64,000 nt of DNA from Phoronis australis (taxonomy: Eukaryota > Animalia > Phoronida): NCBI GenBank assembly GCA_002633005.1, contig NMRA01000107.1, forward strand, positions 291,760-355,759, given 5' to 3'. The notes under the pieces are model-generated. The model was not told the DNA's origin. It worked only from the letters and a program-made list of their open reading frames with translations, and made no database searches. The translations under genes and the position numbers were made by a program. Positions 54,761 through 64,000 of the stretch are shown piece by piece (within the stretch, counting starts at the first letter, position 1; every line of letters starts with the position of its first letter).

Positions 54761-56350
54761 AGCAGAACTACTAAAATTCGGCGAATCTTAAGGTCCACAT
54801 TCTCAAAAATTCGACCCCCCATTTTTTTAGGCTGGGTGTGCCCATGCAATAATGATCACATATTTGTATAGTTGTAGTAGGAGCTCATGAATGAAATTAA
54901 AGGAGGAATCCCCGAGTTATTTAGTGCCAACAATTAAAATCTCAACAATTACTTGCCCATGAACAGACCTATAAAAATTGGGATTGAGAAAGTTTTGATG
55001 ACACTGAAAATGAACATTTTAACAGTTAACAAAAATGGGTGATGTTGTCAGCAAGGAAATGTTACCACTAAAAGCAGACCCTGTGTTCAGTGTTCACCAC
55101 AGAACAATTTGTTTGTAAGAGCATAGGAATGCGAAATCATCTCTTACTTAAGATAGTTTTAAAAACAGGTTTATTATCTCACAAAGTTGGCAAACATTCT
55201 CTACAATTAAAGCTACTCTAAACCTGTACTCTATCAAACAAGCTAACTTTCAGAGCTAACATCACTTTCTGCTAAAAGTCTAGTCAAAGTACATGCAGTA
55301 CAAATTAGTTGTTGACAGAACACCTGTTAAAAGCATATTCTGGTTCAATGCACCACAAACATTACAGCTGCCAATTGGCCTCATGCAAGTTTGCAACTCC
55401 ATGACATCCTGACACCAACTCCATGACCTCTGACACCATTGTGCAGCACAAAAGAACTCTGCTTTCACACATAATTTTTCCTTCACTGAATCTATGCAAG
55501 CTCAGGCAGAGCTATGGAAGAGAAAACTGTCACCCCCACACTAACTGAACATATCCTTATCCAGGAAGACCAGGCATGATTCAAGGGGCCCTCATCAACA
55601 ACGTAAATATTGAGATAACAATGATTGTAAACATAAAGCAATAATAATAAAAAATAGACAATTAAGAAAATTCAACAAAAATTGACAAATTGCATTATTT
55701 TGATCTAAAAGCCTGTCCTGCGTCCACACTTAGCAATTCATCTGCAAAGCAACAATAACAGACTGTGACTACAAGTAGTTGGTGTTGTATTGTTGTCAAG
55801 AATAGTGGATCAGCATAGTACATTGGTTTTCAAATACTGCCAGCAGTATCAAAGCAAAAAAAGGAGTTGTGTGAAGTAAAAAGACAAAAGTAAGTTGACC
55901 TTTGGTGCCAAATTCACTGCTTGTAGGATGGGTGGGGAAGAGATGGCTTAAGAGCTTAATGCATTGGGTGAAGTGGGAATATTTCTAGTATTATAAGTCT
56001 AGGCTAATCTCAAACCCCATAACATTTTGTTGATCATGGCAAATATTAGGAGCAACCTTGGCACCACTTGGGGATATCTAGTTAAATATACCCACTTCGC
56101 TTATGTCCACTGAGTTCTAGTCATGGATGTCTAAACTAAAACAAGGCCAGTTCCATAGACTCCAAATGCAAGTTTACAGCAACTCTTGTTGCTTGCTGGT
56201 TGTGCCATGATCCAGCAACTGCAACTGGGTGTTCTCATGAACCATGACTTGACAGTTGTGTTGCAGAAATATCACCAACTGCAGACTATACAAGCCCTAA
56301 TTTTTTACCCGAACTCTCAAGACATTAGGTAACAACACTATGATATGTCA

Positions 56351-56374
56351 ACACACACACACACACACACACAC
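56351..56374. repeat. (CA)n microsatellite
   Basis: About 12 AC units. Confidence 0.9.
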
Positions 56375-57589
56375 TCTAAGTTTATATTCTATCAATGAGC
56401 AACTCTTAAGACTTCAGTCAACTACAGTAAAAAACATTGCATTGTTAAGATTTGATATGTATCATAGGCAATGGAATCCAGAGGATGAAGGGCTTATTTG
56501 AACCTCATAGTCCCATTCAGTGCCATTTTGATTGTCTGCTTTGGTTGACCAGATTATAGCCAGCTGTTTATGTCTGTGACTGGTAAACTTTGGAATAAAA
56601 CTGTCTTACTGAGGAAATACGAACTTTCAGTCCAACTTTGTGGAGCGAAATCAATCTGTAATTAGGTGAAACACCTTTTCAAGGTTTTCTAAGGCAAGTA
56701 TTCAAAACTTGACACAGCTATTCCAGGAACCATATGGAACTAAAAGATTTTTCTATCAACCGATACTCCACAGCATTGTAGTTTGATTTCAGTCTGACTT
56801 TGACCTTTGACATGGCGCTGTACAAGACTTTTAAGATTCATTGACACAATGAGTTTGAGCAGAGTTAGTCAACAGATCAAATATTCAACATTTTAAAGAC
56901 ATTATCAACTTATTACTGACAGTTGCATTACCAGTTATAAGACCCAGCTTAATGCTAGAGACAATACATAGCAGTAGGCCATTCATTGACAGGGAGATTC
57001 ACAACCAAAGCCAGCAAGTATTCTAAACAAAACTATACATAGCTATAACAAACTGTAGAATGTACACACAAGTAAAGACAAATACCTTGACAACTGTGCA
57101 TAGTTAACACAACCTTCTTTGGTGGATTGACTTCAGGAAGTAACTTTTCATAAAAATAGATTTTTGTATTAGTTAGCATCTCTTCACTACCACCCTTCTC
57201 CAATTCCCAAATTTGAAATCTGGCCACAGGATGCACATACAAATGACCAAAGATTAATTGGAGGGCTTCCTGCCAGAAAAAAAATTAAAATTAAGAGGCC
57301 AGTTCCTACTTTTTGGTGTAATCTTTTCATCTCACAACTCTAAATACCAAAAAGTAATAAGCAAGTATGGCTTTTGCAGTCAGATATTTTAAGATAAATG
57401 GGTTTGAACATTAGAAGGTGTGAAAGAGGGCAGGAGAATTCAGTGAGAATGTAAAGCCAACAGATGAAATTAAAGGAGTTCGCAATGCCCTCTTACAACA
57501 CTTCATGGAGAACCACAATCACAAGAAATTTGGAAAGTTAATTTTTCAGTATAAAACTAAAAAGGAATTGAAAATCAAAATGATGACGA

Positions 57590-58475
57590 AGATGATGAAT
57601 ATGACGACGATGGTGGCGATGATGAGCAATACAAGTAATGATAACATTCATATGATGAAGTTCAGAAATGAGTAAGAAATAGGCTACAGTCTTGAGTGAC
57701 ACTTGGCGAAATTAACTGAACAGACGACGACGGAGGTGATGACGAAGATGACGAATATGATAATGATGGTAGCGATGATGAACAACATCATAACATTCAT
57801 ATGACGAACTTGGATGTCATAAATCAGTAAGAAATAGGCTACAATCTTGTTCAATAGACGCTAAACCAACATTAATGCAGCAACAGCGCTAAACAAAGGA
57901 ACAGCGTTATCAGAAAATCTTGAAAAATTCAAAAAGTAGACATCCAAGTGAAAAATATCTTCTGAAAGCCTGTTCAAAACTCTAAATTGGTAGTTTCGCA
58001 ACATTCTGTAAATTTTTTTTTGAAAAACTTGAAATTTTGCTTTTTTTGAAATTCAAAGTCAAATAACTCAAAAACAGTAAGTCTGAGAAAAGCGTGCTTG
58101 GAGATCATTTAAAAGAGTATATCTCAAGGAATCTACATGAAAAAATTTACGTCATTTGCTCCTCCCATTCAAAATTTCACAGCAGAACAATTGAAAATGA
58201 GTGCAAATACGCCAGATCCGCCATCTTGAAAGCAACTTCCTGTTAAACGGCATTTAGTCAATTACAAGAACCTAATACTTGACTAATTGGATCGACAATG
58301 CGCTCTCTACGAGAGAAAACGTTTTCGGGTAGAAATCGAGGTGCGCATGCGTGATTGCCAATATTTTCGATATCTCTGACCGAAAGTTAACAATTTTCCG
58401 CACATCTGTAGCACACATATTGTACAATATTGCTACCGATTTTCAGCTGTGTATGTGAAAAAATGTGGCCTCTAA
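57590..58475 (-). repeat. Inverted copy of the 45167-46470 repeat family
   Basis: AAATTCAAAGTCAAATAACTCAAAA..GTAAGTCTGAGAAAA, CCGCCATCTTGAAAG, GAGGTGCGCATGCG and ATAGGCTACAGTCTTGAGTGACACTTGGCGAA are reverse complements of blocks in 45200-46440. Confidence 0.85.
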
Positions 58476-58748
58476 GAGTATCTGAACCTGAAATCAGAAA
58501 CAAAATGGCCACCATGTCCGCCATCTTGGATCATATCATGACCAAAAACAATAGGCTTCTAGCACTTTTGGAGATACAAGTTGTGTGTGAATTTCGTGTG
58601 GATAAGACGAAAATTGCGACCTGGTACAACATGGCATGGCACTCTGCTGCATTTCCCAGTACACCAACAGTCACCCTCAGTGTTTACTTCACTCAACACA
58701 AACCATCACAATGTACAATGCACTCAACCAGGTCACAGTTAGTGTAAA

Positions 58749-59891
58749 CTACCAATCAACCACCTTTCTCATGTTCATACACTGACTAAATGCCTGTCTG
58801 GAAGTCTGGTAAAGAAGATCTTGTCTCTGTGGGTCTATGTTATGCACCACCATTATATACATAAAGTTACACACAGACCACCGCACATTGATCAAAGTGA
58901 ACCTGTGACTGTGAATGGGATCCACTTTCAAGTGCTTCATAACAACCCCAATGTAAGCATCCTCATTGGGGAACGGTTTCATATGCCTGCTGGCAAAGTC
59001 TATGATAGGTTGAATGAGATCCTTGGATAGAATGTACCCTTCACCACTGGCATAAGGAGGGTATTTGTAATCACTGTAGTCATGGTAACTAACAAACCAC
59101 TGGCTAGCTGGGTTTCGAATTACCAAATTCTTTTGACCCATCCTGTAAATGTTTCCAACATACAGCTTTTCAGTTTGTTTGTTATGACTGGATAAAAAAT
59201 CAACAACAAGTCTTGTGTTCACAAAACAGTCATCGTCTGTTTTGAGGACATACTGATAACTTGAGCAAAACTGGAGAGACCAGTAAAGGCCGTGCAGCAC
59301 TTTCAAGGTGAGATTTCTATAAGTATCCTTGTAGTTTCCAAACAAGATGTCTTTATGTTGTTGACTTTCCAATCTCAGGTCTAGTGTGACGGTTTTACTG
59401 GCTATTTGTCCAATTAAAAATACACAGTGATACTGATAACTGGTATCTGAGCACCAAGTCTTGCGGATATGCATTCGTTTCTCAGCATTGTAAGGTGAAG
59501 ATATGATCAACAGCAAGAGCACCACATTTCTTACACACTGAGGTAATTGTGGTTTGTGAATATTCAATAATTCTGGATCCCAGATAACTGGAAGATTCTT
59601 CACCACTTGGCTTTGTCCATAATCTCCAAAGCCAAGTATAATCTCTGATAACTGTCGGCCATTTTGACTCATGCCATTTGCAAATTTGCTTCTCCTCCAC
59701 AAGTCCAAGCGTTTCCTGTTGTTGTCCATGAAAAGCACCACAAAATAGACGAGCGCGAATACAATGACAGCAACACAAGTTGCGAAGAGACTTGTTCTGA
59801 GAAGCACCCTCCGCGTGATACGGTGAGGTTTCATCACAATGATCTTGGTGATGTGAATGATTACTGCTTTTCTTCCTCCCCAACCTGACAT
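58749..59891 (-). CDS. B3GALT: Beta-1,3-galactosyltransferase-like glycosyltransferase (GT31/Galactosyl_T), type II membrane protein, uninterrupted 380-aa ORF
   Basis: N-terminal TM (SLFATCVAVIVFALVYFVVLF), LLLIISSPYNAEKRMHIRKTW, DILFGNYKDTYRNLTLK, DxD motif VLKTDDDCFVN, YPPYASGEGY, EDAYIG. The true start could be the second Met (MKPHR). Confidence 0.93.
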   Translation of the reverse strand: MSGWGGRKAVIIHITKIIVMKPHRITRRVLLRTSLFATCVAVIVFALVYFVVLFMDNNRKRLDLWRRSKFANGMSQNGRQLSEIILGFGDYGQSQVVKNLPVIWDPELLNIHKPQLPQCVRNVVLLLLIISSPYNAEKRMHIRKTWCSDTSYQYHCVFLIGQIASKTVTLDLRLESQQHKDILFGNYKDTYRNLTLKVLHGLYWSLQFCSSYQYVLKTDDDCFVNTRLVVDFLSSHNKQTEKLYVGNIYRMGQKNLVIRNPASQWFVSYHDYSDYKYPPYASGEGYILSKDLIQPIIDFASRHMKPFPNEDAYIGVVMKHLKVDPIHSHRFTLINVRWSVCNFMYIMVVHNIDPQRQDLLYQTSRQAFSQCMNMRKVVDW

Positions 59892-62053
59892 TTTGGCATG
59901 AGATCAAGTGCTGTCCACAGATGGCATCACCGCCACAGCTACCATGTGACCTTCAAGCAGACAAAACATTGATATAGCATATGGGACAACTATTGTACAA
60001 CCAGATATCAGCTTGAACAGCAAACTTTTGTATCAACAGAATAATACCAGGATATATGAACCTACCTTCATAAGCCTATGTCATTGTGACTTACCGTACT
60101 ATTGTCCTCAAGCGACTTAACAAGGCCAGCAAACTTAGCTATAAATACCTGTTGCATGCTCCAACAGGCAGACTTACTATGAACAAGGAAGGCCAAAAGT
60201 ATTAAACAGTACCTAAATATTCAGTACATTTGTAGATTTCTAACACCAATTGTTCCTTTTTCTGTTAGCTAATTAATTATTCAACGTTTGTATTTTCAAT
60301 TTTTTGATAATGCTTAGCTATGTGAAATCTTAATTTAATGGATAACATGGTTGGCAAATGTAAAGAATGAAATTCCTACTCGGCGGGCACATTTTGAGTC
60401 GAATCCATTAAAAATTTACGCAAGCCATCCTATCAAATCAATGATTACTTTGCTACTGGTAAAATTTAATAGAAAAGATTAACTTTACCCACACTGTTGA
60501 AAACTAAGTGACCACTGAGTGAGTGCGTGGTGTGTGTGTATTTTGAGTGTACAACTTTTTGAGTAACTGGAAATTTATCAAAAGTAAAAAATTAAAAGTT
60601 AACAATAATCCAATGTAAGGCTTTGGGGATACAGCAGTCAGATGCCGGACTGACAGTGGTGTTCTCCGCACTATTTTGACCAGTTACTCTGAGATGACCG
60701 AGACATGAATATTAGGCAACACATGATAGCATGTGCACACCTTAGGTGTACAGGTGATGAAACTGTATGGATTAAGTGCTCAATAGAATTACATTTTGAT
60801 TGATGAAATAATGCATGAAGGGCCTCGCTCAACTGAGGAGAAAGGTGCTCAAGTCTTCGAAGAAGGGAAATTTATCAGAAAAAGGGAAGCCCGTCTCGCT
60901 GCCACCCCCCAAATTTGATTCCACATCCCAGTCCTAATGTGGAGGTCAAGTTGACATCAGAACAATTAAAATTTGTTTTACATGCAACAGACATGTGCAG
61001 TAATGCTATGAAAACGAAAATAACTTGGTCACAATTTGATGGAGACCTTTACTTCTGTTGAATTTTGTTTACTTTATGTCTGTCATGAATGAGTCATTAA
61101 TCAAATTTTCTCTTGTGAATTGTTTTCTATTGACAGTAAATGTTTGCCTTTTTATACTGATGATGATCGCACTGTCAGAAATACTCAACGTTAGGGTGCC
61201 CGGTGTGTGTGGCATAGGGGAAATGCCAGATTTCTGGCAACTGGTGGCGACTAAAATTTGTTGCAAGCTGCATAGGGAACATTACATGAAGGATTTTTTG
61301 CACTGAACAGGGGATCATATTCCCCTTACTTTGCCTGTGGCTCTCACAAGGAAGATAAAAAATATTAAAAAGAGTAAGGCAGGGTAGAGTTCAGTACTAC
61401 TAGGCTCTAAAATTTATCCAAAACCATGTGTCCTCATTCAAAATAAATGGCAATATCTTGCAAAGTCTTGAATTATAGCGAGGTCCTAGCATAACTATTC
61501 TTATTCTAGACGCCTCCAGTCTCCACACAAACAAACAATGTAGTCATCTATCATTTAGAAGCACACATGCCAGTCAATTTATGAACATAATTCTTTTGTA
61601 ATAAGCAACAATCATCAATGTCATTTTCAGAGAATGGTAATTAGTAATGCTGTCTGCTTTTTCTTCAAAATACAAGCTTGTTACGTCGTGTTTTGCAAGC
61701 TAATTTTATGATTGAGGCAACAGAGAACAGGCAAATAGGACAAAGTCGTGTAATGCTTCCTTGGCAAAAACTACAGGAGAGGCAAGATTTTTTATTTTAA
61801 ATTATGAACAGGTTAGGAGTGACTGAACAAATTATTATAAGGTCAATTTCTGGAAAAATGCAGTATGGCTGCTACATAGTGTCAAACTTGGCCGAAAATG
61901 GCTTCAGTGAAAATAACCGTTTTGGCCTCACAAAATCAAAACATACAAATTTAAAAAAAGATTTAGAAAGTTATGTCATTAAATTTTTCAACCATTGCCC
62001 TTTCAAACCATATCACTCATTTGTTACGAGCTTACCATACTTGCCAGTAAAAC

Positions 62054-63611
62054 CAGGGATATACCTAGGTTTCAAAACCCCACTCGCCAGCTGGGCAAGT
62101 GCGCTAGAAAATCTACTCGCCCAGCCCCGAAGTTCAGTCGCCCAGCCATTTGCGTCACTTGCTGCCAATGTCATTAAAAATCATCGTTTCGTGCATTGAT
62201 GTCACCATCTATTAGGGCTAGTATCGTTTTTAGAAAATAAATTCCTACAAGAAACTTTTGACGTCAATGAATTCCCAGCAACGCAAAGACGTTGCCTTGG
62301 CGCAAAGCTGCAATGTAGTAATATAGGCTACAGCTACGGCGCCGATGTGGGTAAACGACTGACCAGATAAAATCTGACACAAAAGTAGTTTAAAAACTGC
62401 ACTCTTCCTAACTCCCGACACCAAAATGGAAGCGCCCAACCAAAAGCAATAGGAAGCGCAAGAAATCAACATGACAGTCAGCCTCCTCAGAGAGGGACCG
62501 CTTCCTTTCCCCCCAAAGTCGATCACATGCAGTCGTCGAATGGCAAAAATTGATGCACAACTTGCCGAGAAACAAAAAACTTGTGACCATTTAGCATTGC
62601 GGCATTAATACGCCTTTTACACGGCTTGAATCATATGTTCAGTTTTGTCAATTAATGATTCAAATGTGGACATTCTCCATTCAAAATCAGACAAGAGATA
62701 ATGATCCCCGGTGACTATCTCCGAGTGGCTGACCGTAATGAACTTGTCATTAACCACAAGTCAAACATTCTGTCCACATCCACGTGGTCAAAAACTTATT
62801 CTTTGAACTTTTGATTTGCCTGGTGACTTTTGCATGATGTGTGTTTGCTTCATTAATTTGGCAGCCCAGGGAGCACCCCCTATGCATAAGATTAATATTG
62901 TCCTGATTGATGAGCAGGTGCTTTGAACAAGCCCAGTTTTGGCTTTGAACTAAAAAAATATACAATGTATATAAAATGTTACATTGTTCAAACTACAGTA
63001 AGTTCAAAGTATTCAGTTAGAAAACCTGTCAATCATTAGCACATGTTTGGTTGCCTAGGTGTCCAGTGGGAAGCAAATCCGAGTTTACAAAATCAAGTGC
63101 TTCCCTTAAAAATTCTCCATGAGCATAAACTCGGTCCTCCGAGCAGTAAGGAACAACTCAAGACTTCAAAAACTTCGATTTCAACCGCCCAGCCCATACT
63201 TATATATTCCCAATTTCACTTGCTGTGAGCACATGGACCGGTCTTCTGCCTTTCCCCCCTTTTTCTTCAATTCAGACTAGTCCACAAATTCCTTTGTGCA
63301 CGACCAACCACTGTGATCTCTTGTCTAGACGAATCGCGTAAGGGGTGACAGTCTACTGAATCGGTAGGAGCGCACTGCGCCAATGTTTTTTACTGCCGGA
63401 GCATCGACACGCTGACCAAACTGAACCTTTGTTTTCATGATAAAAACAGCACGAGGAGAAAATTTATTCATGTTCATCTGGGAAACGATACAGTGCTTTT
63501 GGGATCTGAAAATTCGCTCGCCACCTGGGCAACCGGGAAGACAATTTCTACTCGCCCGGCACTAATTTTTACTAGCACTGGCGACTGGGCGAGTGGCTAA
63601 GTATATCCCTG
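62054..63611 (+). mobile_element. 1558-bp hAT-like non-autonomous element with intact ends
   Basis: GTAAAAC|CAGGGATATAC ... GTATATCCCTG|GTAAAAC; CTCGCC/GGCGAG subterminal repeats; no transposase ORF recognised. Confidence 0.88.
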
Positions 63612-64000
63612 GTAAAACGCATTCAAACATGCCTACTTTGGCACCCAAGTCAGTTGCAAAATGGAGATACAGGTCATAAAAGGAGACATATTGAATGAAA
63701 ATTCTTAAAAAATGGAGATTTTTCTACATCTCACCAAAACCCATGTGCTAAGCTTAAAAAAATAATTATGTGATTTTGGATACAGACTCTACCTGTAGGT
63801 TTTTCATGGAGTCACTCTTTAAAGTCCCTATAAAATGAGCCAACTGCCTTTTAGATATGTTAAATACATGTACTTTTGTGCAACATATCTTTGTTTCGTT
63901 TTATTCCACACAACCACTAACTAATTACTACGCATTTTGTGCCCCCCATATTATGTGCCCCCATCAGAAACCCCTTTTATTCTCTCGACGAATCACAGTA

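Noticed and set aside
57585-57800. GATGACGAAGATGAT-rich stretch resembling an acidic coding region
   Set aside because: Part of the repeat also present inverted at 46300-46450; no sustained ORF or splice context.
59482-59907. Alternative-frame 141-aa ORF and antisense ORFs overlapping the GT31 gene
   Set aside because: Shadow ORFs with no recognisable motifs.

Overview
Eukaryotic, AT-rich, intron-rich animal DNA from a draft assembly (N-gap 53553-53866); an invertebrate bilaterian origin is inferred, not proven. Two genes lie on the minus strand. (1) An SLC6 Na+/Cl- dependent transporter with a glycine-transporter-like (GlyT1-type) pocket. I reconstructed 10 coding exons by hand (33858 down to 160; 1507 nt, all GT-AG, phases consistent); the 3' exons lie beyond the left edge. 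(2) A GT31 beta-1,3-glycosyltransferase whose coding sequence is one uninterrupted ORF (58749-59891). Much of the rest is DNA-transposon debris: Helentron/HINE-like elements whose ~150-bp central repeats each carry a CTCF-consensus-like motif, a decayed Academ element, three CAGGG-ended hAT-like families with apparent 5-, 6- and 7-bp TSDs (one nested in another), TcMar/pogo and Harbinger MITEs, and minisatellites. One minisatellite was seeded from an SLC6 exon boundary and duplicates its splice acceptor. Family assignments come from recognising motifs by eye; no database searches were run.
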